64,000 nucleotides of DNA from a virus: IMG/VR virus record IMGVR_UViG_3300042868_013845, positions 18,877-82,876 of that record, one strand, 5' to 3'. Each line of letters starts with the position of its first letter. The first letter of the stretch is position 1. The notes beneath the pieces are model-generated. The model saw only the letters and a list, made by a program, of their open reading frames with translations. It did not search any database and was not told where the DNA came from. Positions 1 through 10,644 of the stretch are shown here, in pieces. A program made the position numbers and the translations under genes.

Positions 1-116
1 TCATCACTTGGCTCAGGCGTTAAAATCTTTGGAGGAGCTGGAGCTGGCATCATAATCTCAAGCTGACCAGTCAAGTTTTTCATTAACTCACTTTTATGGG
101 ATTGGTCGGTTTTCAT
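1..116 (-). CDS. 5' part of a gene running off the window edge, possibly terminase small subunit (gp16)
   Basis: Open frame MKTDQSHKSELMKNLTGQLEIMMPAPAPPK...; position after gp15 fits T4 gene order; identity from synteny only. Confidence 0.4.
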   Translation of the reverse strand, partial: MKTDQSHKSELMKNLTGQLEIMMPAPAPPKILTPEPSD

Positions 117-900
117 AAATTACAGGTATAGGAGGAAATTGTTCTCCAAAATATTCAATCTCAAAGCTTTCATCAAGAGATGTTTGATCCTCATAATGTG
201 CACGTGTTCGTGTTGACTCTAGGGGATTTGCACTAGACTCACTATCAATATCAAAATAGCTAACATCAACTGCGGTAATTAATCCACCTCCACTGAGATT
301 AACGGGTGAGCTAATGAATTTAACACGCACATCAAAGTCAAGTGTATAAATGACGGTTCGTCGACTATTTTCATAATCACCTTCATATGAGTCATCTTTG
401 TTAACAGCAGTTAGACTAACAGGTATATCAGTCAAACTATCGGGACCTTCTAGACCCTTTGCAGTAACACTATATGTTGGATTGAAATATGGCAGAATCT
501 GTTCAACAATTTGCATTGCTTCGTCATGACCACGACTTATAATGCTAAGACTAAAGTTTAAGATATATGGCACAGCTTGCCATATTTTAACATTATTGCC
601 ATCGCCATCCTGCTGTACAGTGCGATTCATACGATTAAGCTTTGTCTCTGTGTCGAGATTCATGCTTGTTATTTCAAAACTCATGCGAGGCAATTTGATA
701 CTAATAGCATCGCTTGGACCTTTAGCATTAATACGTGAGAGATAGCGTTCAATTGGTGCATAGGTTAATGGCACACGAACTGTACCAGAACCACCACCAT
801 TTTCGGCAGGACGTACAATCTTTATATCATTAAAAAGTGTGCCAAAAATAGCTACAGTCTTTTTAATGGTTTTATTATAATAATATTCGCGACTCATCAT
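94..900 (-). CDS. gp15: Tail sheath stabilizer / tail terminator (T4 gp15-like)
   Basis: YYNKTIKKTVAIFGTLFNDI, VPLTYAP, LPRMSFE, QIVEQILPYFNP motifs; order gp13-14-15. Confidence 0.93.
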   Translation of the reverse strand: MMSREYYYNKTIKKTVAIFGTLFNDIKIVRPAENGGGSGTVRVPLTYAPIERYLSRINAKGPSDAISIKLPRMSFEITSMNLDTETKLNRMNRTVQQDGDGNNVKIWQAVPYILNFSLSIISRGHDEAMQIVEQILPYFNPTYSVTAKGLEGPDSLTDIPVSLTAVNKDDSYEGDYENSRRTVIYTLDFDVRVKFISSPVNLSGGGLITAVDVSYFDIDSESSANPLESTRTRAHYEDQTSLDESFEIEYFGEQFPPIPVIYENRPIP

Positions 901-903
901 GGC

Positions 904-1824
904 TTAACTGGGCTCCCCAAATGGATTATCTTCAGAGAAATCAATAAAATCCTCTTCAATTGCTGTTTGTTTGAATTTGCTATTTTGGCTCATGCGATCA
1001 TTAGTGAATAGCAAATCATTATTGTCACCAATGACATAGCTATCTATAACTGTTGCAGTAGCACCTGATTTTGTGCCAGTAAAGACTGTGCCAACACCAA
1101 GTTGTGTGGGTGCACCGCTCATAAAGGTTGGCACACCAACAACTATTTGATTCTTATCTTCATCAAGTTTATATTTGTAGAATTTAACAAGACCGCTTGT
1201 TGTAAGATATGTGAATGTTAGACTTTCACCAGCAAGAAACTCACCAGTTGCAGTTGTAGAGTTATATTCAAAAATATTGCTATCGCTGTTATTATATTCA
1301 ATGCTGTCAATCTCGTGCACACCTGTGTTTATGTTTTGACTTTCATATTCGAAAAGTTCACATGTGAGTGTCCAGATCGGTGCATCCTTTAGTTGTAAAA
1401 AGGGTTTTTCATTTGCCACATATTTGATTTCAAATAGTTTCTTAATTGGACTAAGCGGAAAGAATATCAAATCGCCTTCAGTTGGTCGATTGTTATTAGC
1501 TGCCATGCCATAGCGCCCAACGTCTTGAGTCCAACGACGTTTGCTAACTATAAGATTCATTTGATCTCTTATCTCAAGACCAAATTTACCAAGTAACTTG
1601 CCATCACCCTCATAGCCATCAATACTTTCAACATACATTTCAATCTTAAAACTATGGCTGAAATTGCTTAGCAGATCTTCATTTAAGATATTATCCTTTG
1701 TTACAATATGACGTGGTATGTAATAGACGTCCGTGCCATAGATCTTAATAGCCTCAATGATTAAATTTTCATAGAGTTCCTTTTCTGATCTCTGACCATT
1801 CTGGAAATATTGATTAGTAGGCAT
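904..1824 (-). CDS. gp14: Neck protein (T4 gp14-like)
   Basis: EAIKIYGTDVYYIPR, KFGLEIRD, RPTEGDLIFFP, LFEIKYV, C-terminal DFSEDNPFG. Confidence 0.93.
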   Translation of the reverse strand: MPTNQYFQNGQRSEKELYENLIIEAIKIYGTDVYYIPRHIVTKDNILNEDLLSNFSHSFKIEMYVESIDGYEGDGKLLGKFGLEIRDQMNLIVSKRRWTQDVGRYGMAANNNRPTEGDLIFFPLSPIKKLFEIKYVANEKPFLQLKDAPIWTLTCELFEYESQNINTGVHEIDSIEYNNSDSNIFEYNSTTATGEFLAGESLTFTYLTTSGLVKFYKYKLDEDKNQIVVGVPTFMSGAPTQLGVGTVFTGTKSGATATVIDSYVIGDNNDLLFTNDRMSQNSKFKQTAIEEDFIDFSEDNPFGEPS

Positions 1825-1827
1825 AAT

Positions 1828-2577
1828 TTATCCAACAAAAAAGTCAACAGGATTGCTATAGAAAAGATCAAATCTTTCTTTAAGTTCTTTAAGATCTGTG
1901 ACAGCATCGTCATAAATCTGACGACCACTAATTGTCACACCACCTGGTAATTGCATGCCTTCAAACTTGCTAAGATTCTGACCCCATTGTTTTTTAATTA
2001 GCAGCGTTAATAGCTCTTTAAGAGCCATGTCATTATAAACATCTGGATAGCTATTAGGATCAACGCTTGTATAGCATTCAATAATAATAAAGTCACCAAC
2101 CTTTGTTTTATCTCGCAATAGACCATGAAATTCAATAGTGTCCATATGGCGAGCATAGCTTAATTGACCAGTATGACCAGTAATAATATTCTGCACAAGA
2201 CTAATATATTGACTTGTCATCTCATAGTTAATAATGCCGCCTGGATTTCTTAGGCCATATACGTCATTAAGAAACATCTGATATTTAGCACTAAACATAC
2301 TTGCGCTGCTAGTATCATTAAAACTAAGTATTCGTGTGACACTTAGTATATTCTCTGGCAAATTGCTAATCTTATTATTATCAAGATCAGGCTGAGTTAT
2401 CTCGTGTTTAAGTAATGTACGCACAACTGCATCACTATGATATTCTTGCCAGAATTGAATCGCTTCATCAATGCGATCTTCTAATTGATCATCATCAATA
2501 TTAATCTCCATAACTGGTGCACCGAGTGCTCGCAAACAATAGTCGGCCAGTTCTTGTCTTGTACTAGGTCTTGCCAT
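1828..2577 (-). CDS. gp13: Neck protein (T4 gp13-like)
   Basis: LADYCLRALGAPVMEINIDDDQ, KKQWGQNLSKFEGMQLPGGVT. Confidence 0.95.
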   Translation of the reverse strand: MARPSTRQELADYCLRALGAPVMEINIDDDQLEDRIDEAIQFWQEYHSDAVVRTLLKHEITQPDLDNNKISNLPENILSVTRILSFNDTSSASMFSAKYQMFLNDVYGLRNPGGIINYEMTSQYISLVQNIITGHTGQLSYARHMDTIEFHGLLRDKTKVGDFIIIECYTSVDPNSYPDVYNDMALKELLTLLIKKQWGQNLSKFEGMQLPGGVTISGRQIYDDAVTDLKELKERFDLFYSNPVDFFVG

Positions 2578-2592
2578 AAGACTATTTATGCC

Positions 2593-2907
2593 TTATTTAA
2601 TAAACTTTTCAGGATCTTTCTGAAACATTTTGCCAAGCTTAACAATGCCTGCAATGATCTCTGGTGTTATAACACCAATGATGCCATAGATAAGTGCTTT
2701 ATGAAAACTACTAAGATCAGTGTGCTCTAATATAGTCCAGGCAATACTAGTAGTAACACTCGCACTGAATACACGTTTAAGCTGTTCAAATAGACTTAGC
2801 TTAACAGTACTACTCATAAGACGAGCAGCCATGGCCGCCGCACCAATCAATGCGATAATCCAACCGCGCTCAACAAATTCTTTGGCCAAAGCTTTAATAT
2901 CTTCCAT
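2593..2907 (-). CDS. Small membrane protein, holin-like
   Basis: 104 aa, about 3 hydrophobic segments, basic C-terminus. Confidence 0.5.
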   Translation of the reverse strand: MEDIKALAKEFVERGWIIALIGAAAMAARLMSSTVKLSLFEQLKRVFSASVTTSIAWTILEHTDLSSFHKALIYGIIGVITPEIIAGIVKLGKMFQKDPEKFIK

Positions 2908-2943
2908 ATAAATACTATTTATAAAAATAACAATATTAAGATT

Positions 2944-3111
2944 ATGAAACGTATATCTATCAATGACAATTACAAACAGCTATTCTGGAAACTCGGTTGT
3001 GGAACAGTTGAATATATCGAAATTTATAATGAGGATGGAGATAAACTATATTTTAAAGCCGGCTCAGGTCGGTTTCATATGTTAAGGGGGGAGCTAGCAG
3101 ATTATCAATAA
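2944..3111 (+). CDS. Small hypothetical protein (55 aa), absent from ORF track
   Basis: MKRISINDNYKQLFWKLGCG...LADYQ* fills the gap between two minus-strand genes. Confidence 0.4.
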   Translation: MKRISINDNYKQLFWKLGCGTVEYIEIYNEDGDKLYFKAGSGRFHMLRGELADYQ

Positions 3112-3473
3112 GCTAGCTCAATTTTTTTCCAGGCACGGCCACCATTCTCAGCAAAATCTGCTGGCACAACATAGTCAGTATCATAAAGAATATCTTCAAG
3201 AATAACTGGCACTAATTGATAAAACTCAAGTGCCGGAGTTGATCCTAATCCAGCTATTGCATTTAAAATGCTTATAACAGCATTTGTTGGAAACTCAGTG
3301 CTAATAATAGAACTTACACCAGATACAGTTGTTACTGCTAAGAAAAAAACAATCGGATATGCAAGCGGACTATAATCAATAGTATATGCTCCTAATTGGT
3401 TTAAAGCATTACGCGACTCGCTGAGAGTCGATGCTGTCATAAAATTATCAATATTTTGAGTTACTTGAGGCAT
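3105..3473 (-). CDS. Hypothetical protein
   Basis: 122 aa ORF in late gene block with CATAAATA just upstream. Confidence 0.6.
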   Translation of the reverse strand: MPQVTQNIDNFMTASTLSESRNALNQLGAYTIDYSPLAYPIVFFLAVTTVSGVSSIISTEFPTNAVISILNAIAGLGSTPALEFYQLVPVILEDILYDTDYVVPADFAENGGRAWKKIELAY

Positions 3474-3508
3474 AATGTTATTTATGTTTTTAATTTATTA
3501 GTAATTAC

Positions 3509-3934
3509 TTATGGAACTGCAGGATAATTTGTTGTCTTTACATATGCAGCGGTAATTTTTGCTGCAGAGAAACTATTATTCCAGGTTGTTGCCAACCAAG
3601 GATATTGCTCATAACTATAAGCTCGTGCAATTTCTCCAAGAGTCGTATTTAAATATAGCCAAACACCTGTTTCATATCTTACAACTTCATCACCGTAAAC
3701 ATATGTTTCATTGCCATATGGCGCATATCCAATAGGAGCCATTTTTCTCCAACTTTGACCACCGATAAATCCAGAATTTGGCTCACCTGGTGTATTATAC
3801 CATGGTCCGTCCATTAGTACCCACGCTGTAGCATCCGGTTCGGCAGCATTTGCAGGATTATCACTGCCAATTCCAAATGCACCCGAGCTAACATTATAGC
3901 CAGTTGAACTAGATTTTGTTGATCGTAATCGCAT
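3509..3934 (-). CDS. Hypothetical protein, probably virion-associated
   Basis: 141 aa aromatic-rich ORF abutting the upstream gene. Confidence 0.6.
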   Translation of the reverse strand: MRLRSTKSSSTGYNVSSGAFGIGSDNPANAAEPDATAWVLMDGPWYNTPGEPNSGFIGGQSWRKMAPIGYAPYGNETYVYGDEVVRYETGVWLYLNTTLGEIARAYSYEQYPWLATTWNNSFSAAKITAAYVKTTNYPAVP

Positions 3935-3935
3935 C

Positions 3936-4247
3936 TTAGTCCAATTCGCTTACTTCAAGAACTGCATCAGAACCTCCCCCACGTATAATTGCAATTTGTG
4001 CATTAAGTGGTACACGTAGATCGAGACGTTCATCTTGTGCAATAAAATGACTTGCTGATGTTGCAGTTTGAGTTACTATACCAATAAGATAACGTACACT
4101 ACCACCTGTTGCACGAATACTAATACGTCGGCAAGTTGGTGTTAGAAAAGTATTTGAACTGCTTGCACCAGCTGTAAGCTGACGCGAAATAACAGGTTGA
4201 CCTAAAAGATCTCTAACAGCTTTTTGAAGATAGTCTAATGATTCCAT
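3936..4247 (-). CDS. Hypothetical beta-rich protein
   Basis: 103 aa; TATAAATA late promoter at 4254-4261. Confidence 0.6.
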   Translation of the reverse strand: MESLDYLQKAVRDLLGQPVISRQLTAGASSSNTFLTPTCRRISIRATGGSVRYLIGIVTQTATSASHFIAQDERLDLRVPLNAQIAIIRGGGSDAVLEVSELD

Positions 4248-4264
4248 ATATGCTATTTATAAAA

Positions 4265-4678
4265 TTATATCGGCTCACTCATATCTGGCAACGGAGGCTC
4301 TGGGTTTACAACCTCTTCAATTACTTGAGACTCAACAATAAGTTCAGGCTCAACTACAGGCTGTGTAATTACTACTACTCCATCATCAATACTAAATGCC
4401 TTTAATGCACCAGTTTTGCAAACAGGAGAAACACCATATCTTTGTAGAATAGAGTTAGTCATAGTCGCATAATATTCATGATCTTCAAACAGAGTTGCCA
4501 AATTGCCATCATCCAACAGCGCTTGTAAGAACTCTTGAAGTTCGTTATCAGGCTTAGACCAAAAGTCGGCATGAGCGCGATTAAGACATTCTGCAAATGA
4601 AATCAAAGAGCGTACACATGTATCTCCATGCGCCTCGACTGCTGCTAATTGTTTTTGTGTTTTAGTTGTTAGGTTCAT
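4265..4678 (-). CDS. Hypothetical protein, possible tail fibre chaperone
   Basis: Directly downstream of the long fibre gene; acidic. Confidence 0.5.
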   Translation of the reverse strand: MNLTTKTQKQLAAVEAHGDTCVRSLISFAECLNRAHADFWSKPDNELQEFLQALLDDGNLATLFEDHEYYATMTNSILQRYGVSPVCKTGALKAFSIDDGVVVITQPVVEPELIVESQVIEEVVNPEPPLPDMSEPI

Positions 4679-4683
4679 ATCTT

Positions 4684-7600
4684 TTAATCTATAAATGTTT
4701 GAAATGGGAAGTAATCTAATTGTCTTACATCAAATCTTGCTATTGTCGTAGTTGCTAGAGTATTAACACTATTTCCGTAAATATGAGTTCCAAAATAAAT
4801 GTTAGTAAATTTATCATTTAATGTTGATACTCCAGTCATTGTAATTGTTGGAGTTGATGGTGGTTTTGGTACATCTTTAGGATTGCCAAATGTAACTATA
4901 TCACCATTTCTATCGACGAATAATCTTAATTTATCAGTTGCCGCATTATAGTCAATGACTGCTTGAAAAAAGTTATTATATGAAGATATAATATTGCCCT
5001 TTGGAAAGCTTGTCCACGCTGAATAGGTAATCAATCCATTGTTCATATATCCAAGCCTAACTTTCAAATAGCCATCACTTGGATCAGCCCCAAAATCCAT
5101 AAATATGCAATTGTTTAATGCGGTAGGGCTATTAGCTAAGTTTATCGCAATAGGCACACCAGCTACATAAGCTTTTGTTAGAGCATTACTTATGACTAAG
5201 TTAAATCCACTTATAGGTCCATTTATAATGTTAGTGATTGTTGTTCCTCCTGTAATTCCGCGACCATATGCATAGGAGCTTAATACATTTTTTGCAATAA
5301 ATCCACAGCCCTGACCTGTTGCAGTAGCTGTCGCATTTTGATCAACATAAATTCTTTGATACCCAAAATAAAGAGCAACACCAGAACCAGAACTTGTAAT
5401 CATTTGATTCAATGTAATGGTTGTTCCAGATACAGACTGCACAGTTGTATTTTGTGGAATGCCTAGTCCACTTACAGTTTGACCTGCAATAATATTGTTT
5501 GCAACGCCAACGACGATTTGATTTGTTCCTGGTCCAGTCCATGTGCCAGTGGTAGTGGTAGGTGTTCCTGTTGCGTTATCACATCTTAAAACACTTAAAG
5601 CGGTAGCACTAACTGGAAAATTTGCACATGCTGCATAAAATGTAGTGCCATTTGCGTTGCTAATACTAGCATTTGTAGTAGTGAGAATAAAATACGGCTG
5701 ACCGCTCCACATATTAACAACACCTGTGCTTACAATGTTAGAGTTTATTTGTAAAGATGTAGCACCAATAGATGCCCCAACTGGGGTATTAAACGACTCT
5801 CTAGCATTTGGGCATTCTAATGTATAGTTTGCAACTAAGTTGCTTGTGCCGAGAACTACTCTTGCTATTTGATCAGGTGAAAATACAACAGTATGAGGAG
5901 TGGTTGGAGTAGATGAAGCTGCTTGTGTAGCAGTCACACTTGTGCCGCTGACTGCGCTTACATAAGTTTCTTCTGGAAAAGCGGAAGACCAAATTCTATG
6001 ACCTACTGAAATTGCATGATTAGAAGTAGAAATTGTAAAAGTAGTGCTGCCACTGGTAATATTATTTGATGTAAGCGTATTGTTAACCATTAAACTGTAA
6101 AAACCAAAAGAAACAGCAAAAGAAGATGGAATACTCCAAGAAGCTCCTTGACCTGGATTCGAAGTCATGCCAGTTTCACCAAATGAACCAGCCCTGCCTA
6201 TAGCAGAAGTTCCACATGCAACACTATACAACATTCCAGAGTTACCGCCCGAAGCACTAAAAGAAGTTCCAACGGCAGAGGAAAGGTTATATGGGATTCG
6301 ACGTTTTTGCCATACACTCCACATATCGTCTCTTGCACTTGTTTTTTGTGTAAGGATTCGAGTGTTGTCAGCAACTGAAAGAGTTTGGTTTGGTAATGAA
6401 TTAGTTGTACCAGATGCAGTTAAATCGCCTGTTATATTAAGCGAAGCTCCAGTTGCTGCTCCAATATTTGGCGTTACAAGTGTCGGCGTATTTGCAAAAA
6501 CTAATGCGCCTGTTCCCGTTTCATCTGTAACAGCAGCAGCTAAGTTCGCGCTTGTGGGAGTTGCAAGAAATGTTGCAACATTTGATGCTGGATTATAATT
6601 ACTAGTAATGATGGTTCCAGATGCACTTATGTTTCCAGATACTGTTAGTTTTTCAGCAGGTGATGTCGTACCAATCCCAACATTGCCACCATTAGCTTGC
6701 AAAGATAAGTTATAAAATACTACACTATCATTTCTACCAGCTTGTAACCACGACCACCCAGAACCATTAACTCCACCATATAACCCGTAAAGTCTATCTA
6801 CAGAAGTTATAGCAAACGCTCCAGTAGCACTACCATTTAAAGGAGTAGAATTATTTACTAATGGTGTAACCTGTAAATTAACACCTGGTGATGTTGTTCC
6901 AATGCCAACTTTACCAGCAGCAAAATTATGAACTGTTGTTGAAGCGTTACCATAATTGATTGTTGTAAAATATGTAGCCGCTCCTAGTGTTAATGAATTA
7001 GTTCCTTGAGTGAGAACTTGCTGTGCGTTTAAATATAATATGCTACCATTACATAGTATATTACCACTAATTTTAGCAGCTCCAACTACATCCAGTGTGT
7101 AGCCAGCTGTAGGTGTTATCGTACCAATACCGACACTGCCTGTATTTGAAATTACGGCTCTATCAATATTATTAGTTCTAAAAATAATACCATTATTTGT
7201 TGTAACATCTAATGCAACGTTTCCTAAGCCTGTATAGTTTGGTGTTATGTCAAATACAACACCGCTTCTGTCAAATCTTGATATTCCTTCACTAACGTGG
7301 AATTTTGTCGCAGGTGATGCAGTACCAATACCAACATTACCTCCATTTAAAAATGAATTACCATTTGTATTTAAAGCTAATTCTGGGGAACCTAATGACG
7401 TTCCATTTCTATAACCGTTCCAAACAAAATCACCTGCTCCATTTTGAGTGAATAATGAATTTGTATTTCCATTATCATTTTGTGTTTGTAAAAGCCAATT
7501 TACACTGTCATTATCATTTCTAATAACCAATTTAGCAGTACCTGGAGTTGCGGTTCCAATCCCAACTCTATTATTAGCGCTATCTACAAACAATGTATTT

Positions 7601-9933
7601 GTATCAACTGTTAAATTTCCAGAGAGTGATAGTGAAGTTCCAGTTGCTGCTCCAATGTTAGGCGCCACAAGAGTCTTATTTGTTAATGTAGCATTCCCAT
7701 CAACAGTAACCAATCCACTGCCTGTATTTGTTGTTGTAGATAATGCAGACGACACCCCTGTTCCAAGACCAGTAATGCTGCCAACAGCGGGAGTAATTGT
7801 TGAACTGCTTGCACTCGTAACAAGTCCTTTATCATTTACTGTTACTATTGCACTTTGTGTTGAGCTGCCATATGTGTTGGGTGTTACACCACTGGCTACA
7901 AGATTTATGCCGTTACTGTCAGCAACGATTGCTCCACCAACTGGTGTCTTAACACTAAAGAGTGTGCCATCACGTTGTAAACCAACGCCTGCATCATATG
8001 CTCCACTGCCGCTAAATTGTACAAAGATAACAGGACTAACACCTACACTTGTTACAGGCTCGCTGCATATCCATCCAGTGTCGGCGTGTATTGTGCCGTG
8101 AGTAACAAATACAAAATCTCCACCATTCATTTTGGCTGGAGTATCGGCATCGGTTGCACGTGTTAATTCACGTGTTGCGCTGATTGTATATATGCCATTC
8201 CATGCGGCATTAGTTTCACCTGCTATAATTACACGCCCGCCAATTGTCAAGTCAGGATCATTTCCGCATGCAGTATTTAATGCATCAACAACACTCGTTC
8301 CTCCTGTCACTATAAGTTTTGCACCAACTCCATCGTTTCCATTTGTGTAGGCGACAGTGCCACCAGTTGCAGCTGCTAGTGTGCTGTTTTTAAGTATAAC
8401 ATGAACTTCAGCGTGAACGTGAATGCCTGCTGCAGTATTATCAACATATGCTTTATTTACTGCAGCTGAACTTGAAGAGTCGACTGTTAAGTTTGGAACA
8501 AGTGGTGAACTGCTAAAAGTTTTAACACCGTCGATGTGTTGGGCTCCACTTGTTGCTACCGCATCAGTTATGTTATATCCTGCGACTGTGCTCGGCTTAT
8601 TTAAGATCTGTGCATCTCCACTTGTTGCACTCCAATCTGCATTTACATTGACTTCTGCTCCTGCTGCAATTCCATCTAATTTTGACTTTTCAGTTAAAGT
8701 ATAATTTTCATCAGACAGACCTTTGCCAGTGACGACATCAACTTTATTATTTAATGCAGTTTGTGCTGCGCTGCTAATTGGTTTATTAGCATCGCTTGTA
8801 TTATCAACATTGTCTAATCCAACATCGCTCTTACTTAATGTAATATCACCAACACGAGTATTAATGCTTTGTATTGGTGCAGCAGCGCTTGCAGCACTAC
8901 TAAAATCGGTTATATCTGATGAGGCATGAGAGTGTCCAACATTTGATTTATTGTTTAATGTAGTTTGTACATATAAGTCATATGCTGGAGAACCAATCTC
9001 TGGTTCAAATTCTGTCCAATAGCTAGTGCCTGGTGGATAACCTGGATTTGCTCCTAGTACTCTTATATAGAGAATTCCAGCATAGAGCACAACATCACCT
9101 GGATTATAATCAGCTCCATTATTATATGTGCCAAGATAATTTACACTCTCAGGTTGTAATGCACTATCAGCAAGATCACCTTGTGCAGCTGTTGCAAAAT
9201 CACTAGTTGAGGCTGCAGCAGCAGTTCCAAGAGTTGGCTTATTTAAGATTGCAGAGTCTCCACTTGTAGCAGTCCAATCTGCATTTACATTGACTTCTGC
9301 ACCTGCAGCAATGCCCGCTAATTTTGACTTTTCGACTGACGTATAATTTTCGTCAGATAGACCTTTGCCAACAACTATATCAACTTTATTATTTAGCGCA
9401 GTTTGTGTTGCGCTACTAATCGGTTTATTGGCATCACTCGTGTTATCAACATTACCTAATCCAACATCGCTCTTAGTTAAGACAATTGCACCACCACGAG
9501 TATTAACACTTTGAACAGGAGCAGCTGCGCTTGCAGCTGCATTAAAATCTGTTATATTTGATGCACTATGAGTATGACCTACATTGCTTTTATTATTTAG
9601 TGCAGTTTGAGTCGCTGTACTTATTGGTTTTTCTGCATCACTTGTATTATTAAGTCTGTCAATATTTAAAGCAGTACGATGAGCAAGCAATGAATTTGCA
9701 CTATAGCTATAGTTTTGTGCGTTTAATGTTAAACTATTACCAATAGTTAATCCTGATATCGAAATAATTGCAGTACCATCACTTTGTGTTAACGAAGTAA
9801 TAGTGTTTGGACCAGGAGGACCTTGTGTGCCATTTTGAAATAATGGACCAATATAATTTCCAGCCTGTTGTAATGCTGGCGTAATCAAATTAGGATTATT
9901 ATTAATTAAAACTGGTGGTAATATTTCAGGCAT
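4684..9933 (-). CDS. Long tail fibre / adhesin (1749 aa)
   Basis: VGLGNVDNTSDANKP repeats, HxH motifs, five (G/N)xVGIGT repeats, CBM5/12-like YNPGDVVLY...YW module, T/S/G/A-rich. Confidence 0.85.
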   Translation of the reverse strand: MPEILPPVLINNNPNLITPALQQAGNYIGPLFQNGTQGPPGPNTITSLTQSDGTAIISISGLTIGNSLTLNAQNYSYSANSLLAHRTALNIDRLNNTSDAEKPISTATQTALNNKSNVGHTHSASNITDFNAAASAAAPVQSVNTRGGAIVLTKSDVGLGNVDNTSDANKPISSATQTALNNKVDIVVGKGLSDENYTSVEKSKLAGIAAGAEVNVNADWTATSGDSAILNKPTLGTAAAASTSDFATAAQGDLADSALQPESVNYLGTYNNGADYNPGDVVLYAGILYIRVLGANPGYPPGTSYWTEFEPEIGSPAYDLYVQTTLNNKSNVGHSHASSDITDFSSAASAAAPIQSINTRVGDITLSKSDVGLDNVDNTSDANKPISSAAQTALNNKVDVVTGKGLSDENYTLTEKSKLDGIAAGAEVNVNADWSATSGDAQILNKPSTVAGYNITDAVATSGAQHIDGVKTFSSSPLVPNLTVDSSSSAAVNKAYVDNTAAGIHVHAEVHVILKNSTLAAATGGTVAYTNGNDGVGAKLIVTGGTSVVDALNTACGNDPDLTIGGRVIIAGETNAAWNGIYTISATRELTRATDADTPAKMNGGDFVFVTHGTIHADTGWICSEPVTSVGVSPVIFVQFSGSGAYDAGVGLQRDGTLFSVKTPVGGAIVADSNGINLVASGVTPNTYGSSTQSAIVTVNDKGLVTSASSSTITPAVGSITGLGTGVSSALSTTTNTGSGLVTVDGNATLTNKTLVAPNIGAATGTSLSLSGNLTVDTNTLFVDSANNRVGIGTATPGTAKLVIRNDNDSVNWLLQTQNDNGNTNSLFTQNGAGDFVWNGYRNGTSLGSPELALNTNGNSFLNGGNVGIGTASPATKFHVSEGISRFDRSGVVFDITPNYTGLGNVALDVTTNNGIIFRTNNIDRAVISNTGSVGIGTITPTAGYTLDVVGAAKISGNILCNGSILYLNAQQVLTQGTNSLTLGAATYFTTINYGNASTTVHNFAAGKVGIGTTSPGVNLQVTPLVNNSTPLNGSATGAFAITSVDRLYGLYGGVNGSGWSWLQAGRNDSVVFYNLSLQANGGNVGIGTTSPAEKLTVSGNISASGTIITSNYNPASNVATFLATPTSANLAAAVTDETGTGALVFANTPTLVTPNIGAATGASLNITGDLTASGTTNSLPNQTLSVADNTRILTQKTSARDDMWSVWQKRRIPYNLSSAVGTSFSASGGNSGMLYSVACGTSAIGRAGSFGETGMTSNPGQGASWSIPSSFAVSFGFYSLMVNNTLTSNNITSGSTTFTISTSNHAISVGHRIWSSAFPEETYVSAVSGTSVTATQAASSTPTTPHTVVFSPDQIARVVLGTSNLVANYTLECPNARESFNTPVGASIGATSLQINSNIVSTGVVNMWSGQPYFILTTTNASISNANGTTFYAACANFPVSATALSVLRCDNATGTPTTTTGTWTGPGTNQIVVGVANNIIAGQTVSGLGIPQNTTVQSVSGTTITLNQMITSSGSGVALYFGYQRIYVDQNATATATGQGCGFIAKNVLSSYAYGRGITGGTTITNIINGPISGFNLVISNALTKAYVAGVPIAINLANSPTALNNCIFMDFGADPSDGYLKVRLGYMNNGLITYSAWTSFPKGNIISSYNNFFQAVIDYNAATDKLRLFVDRNGDIVTFGNPKDVPKPPSTPTITMTGVSTLNDKFTNIYFGTHIYGNSVNTLATTTIARFDVRQLDYFPFQTFID

Positions 9934-9945
9934 AACTTTTTAGTT

Positions 9946-10293
9946 TCAACTAGATGGTTGTGTTGCTCGCGGTGTGATTGTAACTTGACCTTCAATAACG
10001 CGCATAACGTCATTGTTATTTGCAGTATAAACTTCAATGTCAAAAACATATCGTCCTGCTTTCATAGCTGCAGTTTGAGTCGGCGTTAGACTAATTCTCA
10101 CAAGTCCATCCTCGGGATCGCCATATACCTCAACAAGAAAGTTAACCGCAAGAGTCGCTTTATAATTGCGACGAATCTGACCTCGACCAGAATAAGTGGT
10201 GAGATCTAGCGGCAAATTATTTAATGTCAATACCGGCAGCGTTGCATTATATGCAGAGCCTTGATCAATAATAATATCTGTATAGAAAGCCAT
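9946..10293 (-). CDS. Fibre/baseplate adaptor (BppU-N-like small structural protein)
   Basis: IDQGS...DLTTYSGRGQIR...ISLTPTQTAAMKAGRYVFDIE...RVIEGQVTITP. Confidence 0.7.
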   Translation of the reverse strand: MAFYTDIIIDQGSAYNATLPVLTLNNLPLDLTTYSGRGQIRRNYKATLAVNFLVEVYGDPEDGLVRISLTPTQTAAMKAGRYVFDIEVYTANNNDVMRVIEGQVTITPRATQPSS

Positions 10294-10321
10294 GTTTCTA
10301 TTTATATAGATTTTACATCAA

Positions 10322-10642
10322 TCAGTCTGTGATATTTGCTGCAAGCCAAAGTGTTCTATAGTTTAGTCCATATTGTACAAGTAACTCACGCAATTCAGTT
10401 ACACTCAACGTATGAGGCACGCCATTAATGTCAGCGATAGTTTGCTGACTAGTCCTGAATGCAATCTTTTCAGCTTCTGTTGTCAAAAGATCTTCTGCTT
10501 CACGTAAGAGTACAAGTGTTTGTGCAAACAACGAACGATCACGCTCACCGGCTGCCAGTCTTACATCTCCAACCGCTACACCACCAATTCTTTCAGTCCA
10601 AGCGAGCGTATCCTTATTCCATTTTAGTTCTTTGTCTGTCAT
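10322..10642 (-). CDS. Tail fibre assembly protein (DUF4376-like)
   Basis: Follows a fibre gene; IADINGVPHTLSVTEL pattern. Confidence 0.45.
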   Translation of the reverse strand: MTDKELKWNKDTLAWTERIGGVAVGDVRLAAGERDRSLFAQTLVLLREAEDLLTTEAEKIAFRTSQQTIADINGVPHTLSVTELRELLVQYGLNYRTLWLAANITD

Positions 10643-10644
10643 GC

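Noticed and set aside
6167-8929. Long + strand ORFs antisense to the tail fibre (and similar shadows of other genes)
   Set aside because: Antisense shadows caused by codon bias in Thr/Ala/Gly-rich genes; no motifs
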